Position numbers and translations under genes: made by a program. A stretch of DNA of 64,000 nucleotides from Tubulanus polymorphus (Eukaryota; Animalia; Nemertea). The stretch lies in assembly GCF_964204645.1 (NCBI RefSeq), contig NC_134026.1, positions 18,076,150-18,140,149 of the forward strand. Direction: 5' to 3'. Numbering within the stretch: the first letter of the stretch is position 1; the number at the start of each line of letters is the position of its first letter. Under the pieces are notes generated by a model. The model was not told the origin of the DNA, did not search any database, and saw nothing but the letters and a program-made list of their open reading frames with translations. Shown here piece by piece: positions 40,784-52,500 of the stretch.

Positions 40784-43396
40784 TCATCTTCGGAAACGTG
40801 AAGCATGAGGCGAAGGGGTTTTTGATTTTGGTGACGGGTTACTGGATCGCGATGTACTCGGACTAGAAGTTTTAGCACTTGGACTTGGACTTCGTCTGCC
40901 AAAACTAGACGACCAATACCCGAACGGCATTTTTGTCTTTGTGTATTCAGCGAGTTTTCGTTCCTCTTCTTCTCGCATAGTATTCCACAACTTGTCTCTG
41001 TGTTCGGCAACTTGTTGGTGGGCGTCTCGTAGTAAAGTATCGACCTTGCAACGATGAGTTAACATTTTTGTTTGATAATCACTAGTCATGCGGTCCATTT
41101 CTTCTCTTGCTTCCTCGTATATACGTTGTACTTTCCCACGCACTTGTAGAATCAACGCTTTTTCTTGTTCTTCCAATTCTTCTGTTTTCTCCTTTAGTTT
41201 TGGGAAAATATCTTCGAGCTCGTCTTTCAATGCCCTTATTCTAGATGGGTCAGAGTTATTTTTCTTCTCAAGTTCCTTTAGTTCTGATAATTTTTGTAGC
41301 ATGTTTTTGAATATGAGCTCCATGCGTTGTTCCTTTAACTTTTTATAATTTTCGATATTTTCGAGGGTAACTTTGCGTATACGTAGTGTGTTATCGTACA
41401 TATGAACCACGTATTGTTTTATTATTTCCACCGCGGACTTGTGCATCGTTTCAATGATTGCCTTTACCTCAGTTGTTATTTTATTAACCGCCGGCACTTC
41501 ATAGCTCTCAACATTGCGAATCTCGTCTTCGACTCCAGACGAAATGCCCAAAATTCCTTCTTCTTCAACCCTTCTGTAACTATGAGTGTTTTCAGCTAGA
41601 ATTTGGATAAATTTGTTTGCGTCTCCTACCATATTCAATATGGGCTTATTGTATTCATATTCTTTATTCTCGTCCTCGTCGTATATTATTTCATCAATGA
41701 TCGTTTTGGGTATACTGTTTGTGTCTATCAACAGTTCGTCCTTTTGTAAAAGTATAGATTTCACCAAATGTAAAACATCTGTACTTTCGGACAGTGAACT
41801 GGGTGAGGCTATAGTACCAGAGCTGGACGATGTTCCACCACTGGCCGTTCTACCAGACAATATATTCGAAACGTGATCGTCGTAGTTAACCACTGTCGGT
41901 GTTTCTAGTCGTCGAAACAACGTTTCTCGCTCATCGACTAATGTGTCTAGTTTCTTGGCCTTGGATTTGTAAGGCATGCCAAATGACATGGCGTCAGGAT
42001 CTGTTTCACCGCCGAATATATTTGGATAATATCCTGGGTAACTAGGCATAAACATGGACGGTGGTGGTGCTCTGCCACTGCTGCCTCTACCGCTGCTGCT
42101 GCTGCTGCTGCTTATAGTGGAGCTGCTACTTTTTGGTGGGAATAGAGTAGCGTCAATTTTTCTCTTGGTTGCTCCACTCGATGATGGTACCGAGCTACTG
42201 CCGGCACCGGTAACACCACCTCCACTGCCTGAATCGGGTAAAGTGTAAGCACCATAGCCACTCAGCTCTGTTGGGTAGGTAAACGAACGAGATTTCCAGT
42301 CTTCTCCTATGTCAACGTAGTAAGATGGTATTTGTACCATTCGTTTACCGTTGCAGTTGAATACCTTTAATGAATCTGTCGTAACGGGCACACTACCTAT
42401 GGGTATAGTTAAGATTTGATTCATTTGAATCTTGTCTTTGTGCTTGGGACCGTTGTTGATGCATCTTTGGATAATCTGACGTTCCACTGCCTGTATGTTG
42501 TTAGATTCTGGTTCCAACACAAACACGGTTACATATGAACTCTCGTAGACAGTTTCCTTGGTATCTTTAATAACTCTACTGTGCCAGCCGGCATCTTCCT
42601 TGCCCTCGAACTTGAATTTGTTCAATCTTTTGCGCATGGGTGCTTTTCGCTGATTAATTTTTGCTACGGGTTTTGAATTATCAACGACAACGTCTGGGTA
42701 CGGCGCAATACACATGTAGAGATAGCAGTTGTTGGTTAGCAGTTTTTCTCGCCCAAGTAATCTACTGTCTTGTATTCTGATCGGCGTGTTTCGGACGTCT
42801 TTCACTGGGCCGTGAGCGTATATTCTCGTTTGAATTGTATTGTTGCCGGGTATGGGCATCATTTCATTCCTGTTCAGCGCAGCAATACCAATCGGTGTAA
42901 TGCATTCTTTTATTTTATCCAGTGGTGATTCTATTGGGAAACTAAAGCCTGCTGGTGTTTTCATGTAGACGTTTTTGTTTTTCGTTATAGCTGTGTAGGT
43001 AAAGTCAAACAACGGACTTTGACCAGTTTCAAAGTCTTCTCGGTTATTTAGTGACAATAAGATGTCGTCGAGTACTTCTAACGGAAAAACCGTCATGTCG
43101 CTATACACCGAACTCACACCGCCCCTGTGTGCCATATAATCGCAAAACTTTGTATTTGCGATGTCTATGTCATTCGCGCCTAGTGGTCTGAGTTTAAGCT
43201 GTATGTTACTGGTTTCTAACATGTCCATCATGTTAATCGGAAAGGGTTTCTTGTTTTTTTCTTTGTTGATGAAACATTTTTCTCCCATCACAACCATGTA
43301 GGACATCGGTTCGGTGGCGTTAGTGGCCAGATCTTCGTTCGGGTAGCTGCCAATGGATCCGCCCGAGAGCCATGTCTGTGTTGGTGGCACGAACAT
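40784..43396 (-). CDS. Large hypothetical protein with S/G-rich linker, long coiled coil and S/R-rich tail
   Basis: 870-aa intact ORF. Confidence 0.78.
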   Translation of the reverse strand: MFVPPTQTWLSGGSIGSYPNEDLATNATEPMSYMVVMGEKCFINKEKNKKPFPINMMDMLETSNIQLKLRPLGANDIDIANTKFCDYMAHRGGVSSVYSDMTVFPLEVLDDILLSLNNREDFETGQSPLFDFTYTAITKNKNVYMKTPAGFSFPIESPLDKIKECITPIGIAALNRNEMMPIPGNNTIQTRIYAHGPVKDVRNTPIRIQDSRLLGREKLLTNNCYLYMCIAPYPDVVVDNSKPVAKINQRKAPMRKRLNKFKFEGKEDAGWHSRVIKDTKETVYESSYVTVFVLEPESNNIQAVERQIIQRCINNGPKHKDKIQMNQILTIPIGSVPVTTDSLKVFNCNGKRMVQIPSYYVDIGEDWKSRSFTYPTELSGYGAYTLPDSGSGGGVTGAGSSSVPSSSGATKRKIDATLFPPKSSSSTISSSSSSSGRGSSGRAPPPSMFMPSYPGYYPNIFGGETDPDAMSFGMPYKSKAKKLDTLVDERETLFRRLETPTVVNYDDHVSNILSGRTASGGTSSSSGTIASPSSLSESTDVLHLVKSILLQKDELLIDTNSIPKTIIDEIIYDEDENKEYEYNKPILNMVGDANKFIQILAENTHSYRRVEEEGILGISSGVEDEIRNVESYEVPAVNKITTEVKAIIETMHKSAVEIIKQYVVHMYDNTLRIRKVTLENIENYKKLKEQRMELIFKNMLQKLSELKELEKKNNSDPSRIRALKDELEDIFPKLKEKTEELEEQEKALILQVRGKVQRIYEEAREEMDRMTSDYQTKMLTHRCKVDTLLRDAHQQVAEHRDKLWNTMREEEERKLAEYTKTKMPFGYWSSSFGRRSPSPSAKTSSPSTSRSSNPSPKSKTPSPHASRFRR

Positions 43397-43487
43397 GGTG
43401 TATAAAGTCTGGGTACAGAGATACTCGATGCGGTATGGGTTAAATACAGTATTTTGGGCTGTGGCTAATATAATTTTAGTGAGGGTA

Positions 43488-44252
43488 TTATTTTATCATG
43501 GCTACCAAAAGTATTGTGTATAATGTTAGAGATATTGCAACTACGAGTCGTGATTGAAGAGTGGAATATTCCATGTTCATAAAATCACCACCACCATGGA
43601 TGTGTTTCTGGTACAATAATTGATATTCGTGCAATGGAAGAATTTCATCTTTGCAAATTTCACTATGAACGCCAACATTGTCGGTGTTTGAACATTTTGA
43701 TTTGTCCGAGTTGCCAGCGGAATTGTCATTCTCGCAATTTTTTATCCGTTCATTTTCCATCAACAAATTGTGTCTTATGTTTCTCAGTCGTTTGATATTT
43801 TCCGCAGACGTTTCTATCTCCTCCCGCAATGAAGTTACTCTATCGCCCAAAACAACATTTTCACGACTCATCTCTGTCATTTTCCTATCTAATGATTGTT
43901 GGTCATTTTCAATTTTCACATTATCGGCTATTTGTTTGGTTTTTGTATTTTCCAATGTAGACAACTCTTCGGTGAGATGTGTTTGTAATGTTTTTAAATT
44001 TTCAACTTCTTCGGTGACCGTTGATGCAGCCGTACTAGCAGTAATCAAATCATTCAATTTGTTAACTTTATCTATAAGTAAAGCTTCGTTAGATATACGA
44101 AGTTCATTTTCTTCGCGCAACAAGGCGACCTCTTGTACTTTGAGTCTATCGATTTCTGGTGTTATAGTATTAAATTCCCTTTTTAGATTTTTAGTTTCGG
44201 TTTCGCGTTCACCGATTTCCCGGGTAAACCGGATTTTTACACCGACATCCAA
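43488..44252 (-). CDS. Coiled-coil protein with C-terminal TM anchor (5' end uncertain)
   Basis: Heptad-rich ~150 aa and terminal LVVAISLTLYTILLVAMIK; no ATG at the ORF start. Confidence 0.55.
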   Translation of the reverse strand: MDVGVKIRFTREIGERETETKNLKREFNTITPEIDRLKVQEVALLREENELRISNEALLIDKVNKLNDLITASTAASTVTEEVENLKTLQTHLTEELSTLENTKTKQIADNVKIENDQQSLDRKMTEMSRENVVLGDRVTSLREEIETSAENIKRLRNIRHNLLMENERIKNCENDNSAGNSDKSKCSNTDNVGVHSEICKDEILPLHEYQLLYQKHIHGGGDFMNMEYSTLQSRLVVAISLTLYTILLVAMIK

Positions 44253-44679
44253 ATTTGCAAAGAAGACAAAGTAACAGAATCATCAACTATCACCAGGTTG
44301 ACCCGGGAGACTCGCAAACGTCAAGTTTTCACAACTAGGGCATTGGATACCAGTAGAATGCTAGACCAAGATTACTTATACTACCAGCACTTGATCAAAA
44401 GATTGCGAGCAGAATTGAAGAGGAGAGCGGAGGATAATGGGGACTTGTCGTCTTGAGTTAATACTTTTGTTCGCGTTATAACAGTCACCAATGTTAAACC
44501 TCAATCAACCAATGCTTATTGCAAGGACTCAAATATGTGGTACATTTACCGTGTTGTGTTGACGAAAGAGTACGGAGATGTGACCACGTTGGCTGAGGCC
44601 CCAGCTCTACCCATGGGTCATGCAGCAACTAGACAAGGCCGAAAGCATTATTTTCTGTGTGGAAATGGAGACAGTCAGA

Positions 44680-45739
44680 GTGAATTACGGTCATAACGTC
44701 CTCAAGTCAAAACGTCCTCAGGTCAAAACGTCCTCAGGTCAAAACGTCCTCAGGTCAAAACGTCCTCAGTCAAAACGTCCTCAAGTCAAAACGTCCTCAG
44801 GGCAAAACGTCCTCAGGTCACAACGTCCTTATGTCAAAACGTCCTCACTAATATCAAGTCAAGTAGATATATTTGTTATTATTATTTTTAGTTTATAACT
44901 GCCACTTTTCTTAGTTAGGTCTTCATCATTGTGGTTTGCTCCCCTGACAAGCATCTGTTTCTTACCACTGTGAATATACAGGGTAGTTGACTAAAACTTA
45001 GTTACTTCCAGATATGGATGATGATGGTCGGCGACATATCAATCTCGGGAGAAACCCAGGATCTTGTTACTAGGATTAGGGCGCACTCGCGTCTCCCTAT
45101 CCTAAGTACTAACCATATATTTTGTTCATAAACTTCATGAATTCTTAAAATCATTGATGTAAAATATAAATTAAGTGTAATAGATTTTGACACAGAAGTG
45201 AGTTAAAGTCGAGATGGTTTGGGTAATTACTAATTTGCCTGTTAATTGAGACCATGTTTGATGCCTATCAGCAATTTGCTTTGATTTCCTTGATCAAAGA
45301 GAACCAAATTGAAAAATGTGACATATGAATGATCAGAAATAAAAGCTCACTGGTTTGCTTCAATTAGAAGACCAATTGCCCGAAATTAATTATGACTTTG
45401 ATCTATGCATTTCTATATATACAGTAATTGCATTAATTAGCAATTACCATCTCGACTTCAACTCAATTCCATGTCACATTGGTTATAGATTTTTCAACAT
45501 CTATATATTCAAATAGACGTTTTTTTGCATTGATAAAAAGCAGTATGAAGTTTTAGGACTATTTTAGGTTGTTCTTTATCTGTTTATTCTTGAAATAAAG
45601 ATACAATCGTAAGATATCAATGAGTTCTTTGAACAAGGTGAGGACGTTTTGACTTGAGGACGTTTTGACCATCAAACTGAGGACGTTTTGACCAACAAAC
45701 TGATGACGTTTTGACATGAGGACGTTTTGACCTGTCACC
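44680..45739. mobile_element. Non-autonomous foldback/MITE-type DNA transposon
   Basis: Ten tandem GTCAAAACGTCCTCA units (44690..44847) and five inverted units (45639..45731); flanking direct repeat GTCAGA (44674..44679 and 45740..45745); internal inverted repeat ~45188..45476; no transposase. Confidence 0.88.
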
Positions 45740-45811
45740 GTCAGACTCATCGTCGACCTCCTGATTGTCACTTGGGCAGCTGAACGGAGCAAGTCCATCT
45801 ACGAAATTTAT

Positions 45812-46453
45812 CTACTCAGAGTCTAGCATTACGGGTATATCGTGACATACACTAGACAGTGTATAGTTGTGAAGTTTCAATTTGACATAATGACTGGAGG
45901 CTACGGGTTTTTTCGTAACATAGACAAAGGCAATATTGTTCATGAACATGTCCGATGATATTGTCGACATTAGTTTTTTCATTGCCCCTATAAGTTCATT
46001 GAGTTGAGTTGTGTGAAAGTCACAAGTGCACAGGTAAGAGAACACGGTCTTTGTTGTTTTCCCTTTTTGTTGATTAACGTATTGGGTACATTTGAGTTTC
46101 GTGATTTCAAGTAACATTGTCCTCCAACATATAGCAAATTGACTGTTACGTCGTCCCTTGCGAAGAGATTGCCATACAGATCTAGGTATTTTTATTTCTG
46201 GAGTTGGGAATAACAGCAACGGTTTCAATACCTTTCTTTTCACGGGACAAGTACCAACTTCATCAGCTGGTCGTTTTACGGCCCTGTTTATGATGGAGCG
46301 TGTTCGATCCAAGAGCATGTTACCAGAGCAGCGACGGGTAGCCATATTTTGTTGCATCATCCGTTTACGTTTTTCTTTTATCGGGGTAGGATTTGGAAAC
46401 TGCGACGGAGGTGGTGAGGAAAACATGATATTTTTTCGTAACTCTTTCACCAA
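45812..46453 (-). CDS. Basic hypothetical protein
   Basis: 213-aa ORF (ATG at 46426), CTC..H motif, TATAAAA upstream at ~46519..46525. Confidence 0.62.
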   Translation of the reverse strand: MVKELRKNIMFSSPPPSQFPNPTPIKEKRKRMMQQNMATRRCSGNMLLDRTRSIINRAVKRPADEVGTCPVKRKVLKPLLLFPTPEIKIPRSVWQSLRKGRRNSQFAICWRTMLLEITKLKCTQYVNQQKGKTTKTVFSYLCTCDFHTTQLNELIGAMKKLMSTISSDMFMNNIAFVYVTKKPVASSHYVKLKLHNYTLSSVCHDIPVMLDSE

Positions 46454-46559
46454 TATCTTCAGAACTCACCTCTTGGTGGCAGACAGTGTTCTGACAAAAT
46501 GTTTCTACTGACTTGGCCTTTTATACGATTTTTCCTCACCATAAAAAAGGTAACAAAAA

Positions 46560-49500
46560 TTATCTACCCGTAAAACTTAACTCGTGTAACATTTCTGATA
46601 GATATTGAAAGCGATTAACTTCTAACTCTATCTCTAACTTTAATTCATCATCCTTTTCACTGTCCGATTCCGACTCCTCTGAATATTCACTCTCGCTGCT
46701 TGATGTAACAGATTCTCGGTCCGATTCCCAGCTTTTTAACCTTGGTGATTTTGGCGATTTTGGGTCGTCTGTTTTTTTCTCCTTTTCTATTACTGAAATA
46801 TCTACTTTTTCTTCTCCCTCAAATAGATCAGTTCTTAACGGTGGAGTATTTTTGATTTCTCTTGGTGGAATTGATAATTTCTTTTTTGGTGTGCTCACCA
46901 ATTGTATTGGAGGAGGGTCATCTCTGAACTCTACCGTTCCGTATACATCCGAATAATCGTAGTCATACTCTTGATTTAGATCGTTTTCTAAATCCTGAAA
47001 CTCGTCTCTTTTTTGCTCGACCAATTTTGACGATAGAGCATTTTGGCGCGATGTCGGCACAAACGTGTTTGACTTTGTCATTAAATCTTCTACATAACTG
47101 TCTAACTTTTTTGTATCGCTGGGTAATTCCAAATTAGTGGGCGCGTCAATTTCGTTTCTTGGTTTCATAGGTCCGGGTTTTGGAAATCCTTTAAGTAATT
47201 CCGTTATTCCTTCGACATTGTCTCTGACCACATTTCGTTCGTCTAACAGTTCTTGTAGCAACAGTCTCATTTCAACTCCGACAGGATTTTCTTTATTCCA
47301 CATATCCACACTTTTTTTAATTTCAGCAATCACAGCTGCTCCCGATTCTACTTGTTGTACTAGCGACCCGTCCAATACACTTGTTCGCACAGAATCGATC
47401 AATTTGTTTGCACCCTGATCTGGTGGCTGCACAACTTGTGGATCGGGTGGTGTGGGTATAGGTACAGGTGCTGGCTTCGGTGTTTTTGACACAAACGGAT
47501 GGACTAAAGGCGGTTGTTTTGGGTGCCCCGGATGCGTTTCTTCGTTTATATTTACCATGGGTAATTTTGAAGTTTCCAGTATCACACGGTCAATCATTTT
47601 CGATGTTTTCACGACTTGTGCAGATGGCTGATCTTCTGGCTCTGGCTCTTTTGGTGGTGGGGGTGATGGACGTCGTTCTTCTGGTTGTGAGGCGGTAGAT
47701 GTGGATGGTTGTGGGGTAGAGGTGGATGGCTGTGGCGCTGTCGGTTGATTTCTTGCGACTACCTGTTCAATAACTTGTAAAAGTTGCTTCTCACTTATGC
47801 CATTGAGCACTATAACCTGTTCTTCATTTTCACTCAGCGGTGGCTGTGGTGGAGGGATAGAGTTTGTGAATTTGTCGATGGTTTTGTCTATGGGTACGTT
47901 ACTGTCGACCAATTCAGAAGCTTCAATGTCGTGAGTAGCAAAAATCAATTGTTGTTTTTTTCGATGTTTCTCTGTTTGCATGGCTTTGGGAATATCTTCG
48001 GATTCTCCCAACTTCAACTCCTCTATGGCGTCTGGGTGTTTGTAGTTTTCTAACTTGAATAACAATCTGTCTGGGAAATGGGCATCTGCAGTTACATATT
48101 CAAACGGTCCTTGTTCATTTATGGCTAAATCCCTGTTGCCGCTGTATATTCTTCGCAATTTTATTAAAGTGTTTACGTACACATCGTCCCAAAACTCTGG
48201 TCTCATAATATCTGCCAATTCCTCTAGCGACAATGATTCGAGTCTCGTTTTAGTATTCATCACGGTGGGTAGGTAATATCTGATGACAGAAGCCACGTTG
48301 TCGTATTCTCCGCGTTTATTGCTCTCCAGACCCATCATATCTATTAGATCAGCGAGTGAATGTTGCAACTCTCTAGTTTGCTCATCATCGTCCTCTGATT
48401 CTACGATTTTTTCGTATGTCAGAAACCCATCACCACCGTTGTACAAATTCTCCATCAGATTCAATGTGGTATACAATTTCTTGGTTACACCCATGCGGAC
48501 TTGTGTTTTTTGAGTTTTTACATAATTCGGTCGATATTCTTCGATTACCATGTGCGATACTTCACAAAATAAATTTCTATCCATGCCTATGTTGCCCGTT
48601 ATCAAGTTGTCTCTGTCTATGTTTATTTCTGGTGATGAGGGTAAACTTTCAACCGCCACTCTCCTGCCTTCCTCTCCACTATATATGACGCTCAAATCGG
48701 TTTCAAAATGGTGACCTGCTGTAGCACCGCCGATAAAAGACTCTATTTCTTCTTTGTTGATTTGATTGCATATGTCAATAAACGAGAATTGTTTTGACAT
48801 TATAATATCGACTAGAAAACTTTTCAAGAACAAGTTCATGACTTTGGTGGACTTGGGGTCGATTCCCGAAGTTAGAGTGTTGACCACGTTTTCAAACTCC
48901 TCTCGGACTCCCTCCAATATCACACAAGTGTATTTTGGTGATTTTTTACCACCCGTTACGGTTGTTGTGTCCGGCGACGAAACATTCTCTTCTCGCTTGG
49001 CTACCAAATATCTGGTCAACAATTCCTTGAGAAATTCGCCTTTGGTTTTTGAATGTCGAGCTAACATCGTGTACATCCCCACATATTCGTCCAATTTACC
49101 AGACATTTCCATTTGACTAGGACTGTCCATGGTACAATTGAAAGTCTTAGTTGGTCGGGTATTCTGTTTGGTATTTTCATCTATGGTCAACTGTGTTAGA
49201 TCAAGTTGAAATGCCAGTAGATCCTTTCTGGTATTATTTTCAGTAATCACATCAACAGCATTGGTAACCATTTGACCACACAAATCGGCCAATTGTTGCA
49301 GAAGGGCGTGATAGAAGGATTTGTTTTCGTAATAAGCACTAGTTTCACTCGGTTCCATGTTTCTAACAGCTTCGCTTACTTCTTTAATAATTGTAGCTGA
49401 CAGGGAACTGACTAGCGCATTAATCAATTTCAACGCCAATTTGTGTGTATCGTCTATATCTTTATCCTTCGTAGTCGATTTGATATATGGTGTTGTAACG

Positions 49501-52500
49501 TACTTTGTTGAACGAGGTCCTTCCGTGCCTATTCTATCCTCCATCAAATTTACGAATAATTGTCGCCTGTTGGTATTATTGTCTCTTCTGTTTCTGTTGA
49601 CTGTGTTGTCTGGGTAAAACTCGTAGAACAGTGACAGTATGTTTTTTACAAATTTTACAGTCTCAGGCGTCATATTCATATAGTCTAGTTTTGCAGCGGG
49701 ATCTAGTGAATTTAGAAATAGTAACCATCGCCACCACCTAGCGCCGTGTTCTTCCTGTTTGTCTACTGCCTTGTCTTTGCTTAGTTCTCTGGTGACTTTT
49801 TTGTACACGTCGTGGACATTCGATGTGGTCACTTGGATATCTCTGTTGGTTGAGTACACGGTGTCGGATATTTTTTTCTTCAAAGTTGTAATCGTGTCTC
49901 GCATTTCTTTTAAGACAGTGTCTACAAACGGTTTTCTGGCGTTGTTCAACCACCAATCTGCCAAGGGTTGTAAATATTCGGGTAATCCTTGTTGGATTTT
50001 TGTCGTCACTGGATCTATGGGTATGAATTCAAACAAATTGCTGAGATCCATTTCCACAAAGACCGGACTTAGTATGGTAGAGTTGACATTGTCCATGTTT
50101 TCAAAATAGGCATAGTCACTCAACATACGGAAATATCTTACGAATCCCATGTGACCAACACTAATTAGTAAAGAATCGACCAAGTTCTTCGTTTCTGAAT
50201 CGGTGGCAGCGTACTTGAACTGCATTTCAGACTTTTTGTGCCAGCTGACTAAACCTTTGATCTTTTTAATTCTTTCGTTATTGCTAATGGCCGTGCCACC
50301 ATATTGTGACCAAGAAATATGAGACTCTAACGTTTCTGAGGCATACATACAGAGTTTCTTTATGTTGGAGAGAAACGATTTGTGTTCTTCGCTCATTGTC
50401 CAATATTTTTGTTGGTCTATTTTTGCCATAGCAGTACCGAATCTTGTATTGAGTTTTTCGCTTTCACTACTTGCACTGGATCCTGCACCAACTATTACTC
50501 CGTGTGATCTTGTTGTCTGCAGCTGAAATTGTTGCAAGTGGATTTGTGAGTTTGTTTCATCGATAATTTTACGCACTCTATTGATCACTAGTTGTTCCAA
50601 CGTAGAATCGTTGGCGTTTTCGTCTTGAATTTTGATTTGGTTGATAAGATCTCGGGTTTTATTGAGATGACGGCTAGCCTTGTATCCGTTTCTCGTATAT
50701 GGACTGACGCTGCTTAGATGTTTTGTGTGTAGCTGTGTCAATTGGGCGTAAACAACTGTATCGAGTCTTTCGAAAATGCTTGTATATGTCATCAACCGAA
50801 TCAAATCGTCAACTTTGATCATGTCCATATCGACACTTTGCATGGTTACCGTTTCCTCGACTACTTTTTTGACGCTCGTTTGTACTTGGATTCCTATCTT
50901 TTCTACGATTTCGGTAAATTTGATGAGCTTTGAAAAAGCCCAATCTCTGATACTTTCTCGACCATTGGTCCATTGTTTGTAGATCACCATTATTTTATCT
51001 ACTATGTTTTTCGTTATATTTTCCTTGGTGGTGTTAATAAGTTTGAAGTAAGCGTTCACAAAACTCATTTTGTCTTTAAAATGGTCGGTGTCGTACAACA
51101 CTGTGAAATTTCCTTCAAACTTGTCTATATCCGTAACTATTTTGTGATTGGGAGTTTGCACCACGGACACAAGATATCTATGAAAGGCCATGTAGTCATT
51201 TACGTTTGTTGTGGCCGTAGGAGTCGATGCTAGCAATACGTTATTCACTACCATCTTTATTTTGTGCATCAATCGTGTCATGACCCCTCGATACGAGGAC
51301 GACTCGAGTTGTTGCTGTGTTGTTTCGATTTTTTCTATCACTTGCTTGCACATGGGTACGACTGTATCGGTGTAGAATCCCGCCGTTGTTTGAATCATGG
51401 TATATTGTAGATTTCTAATCATCGTTGACGATTCTAAATATTTTACCGTTTCTTCGTTTATGTGAGATGTACCGGCCGACCAACCGTAAACAAGCGAACA
51501 CAAGTCCTTTATTAAATTCTCATTAGAATTGGTTACTAAAGGCACCCACGTATCTTTGACCTTTTCTGTTTGTGCTGTTTGTAAGTTGGCTTCTAATTTA
51601 GCCGGGAACGAATTCAGTTGGTTTTGGAGATCTCTAAGATGTGTGGCTATATCAAGTATGTAGCCGTACAATCTAGACTTGGTGGGATCTTGTAAATTTT
51701 GGAAATATTCCGTTTCATCTATGAGCAGCATAGCGTTTTGTTGTGCTTGTTGATTTGTGTCTGCGGCCAAAAACATGGTTTTCAACAGCGACAGTGTATT
51801 ATCGACCGTTGACATGTCGTGTATCGTGCGACCAAACAATTCACTCAGTTTACTAACTTTGTCGTTGGTTTTTGTTTTGATCACATTATCGTAAACAGTC
51901 CCAAGTGCTATCGTAAAGACATTCACTGCATCCAAGTTTTTGCCGATTGTATCGGTGTTAAGTTTATGATTATACACGATAGACTGTATTGTAGATTCCA
52001 AGTCGACTGCAAAGTTTTTCTCAAAGCCGACCGACGGTTCTTTGCGCCATTTATCTACTGCCTTGATCGTGTCATCTAATAATAACTGTGGTGCTCTAAT
52101 ACCACGACCACCTGCAACTATTAGCGACGGTATATGATTTACGGTACACGTATTTGGGTAGAGCAACGAGCGAGCGAATCCGGCAGTGGGTATGGGTATT
52201 TGAGACACAAACCAGACAATTTGTGGAGCAATCTGGTAGAAAATGTTTTTAAACGCGGCACTTGGGTTTTCTGCATGAAATTCTATGCCGTTTTTATGCA
52301 CCAACGACTTGAAACGAATATTGTTCAAATCATCTCGTCCACTAAACACCACCAAATGAATGTAAGGACAACAAGGGACGTGTGGCACATACAGACTTAC
52401 AACACCGGCATTATCGACATACAAGCAAATTGCCGATGCTGACTGCGCGTTGCCCGACTCTAAAATAAAAGTGCCTGTGTGGGTACCGTACATAGACATC

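Noticed and set aside
44620-45798. ORFs 44620..44898 and 45559..45798
   Set aside because: Largely translations of MITE subterminal repeats.
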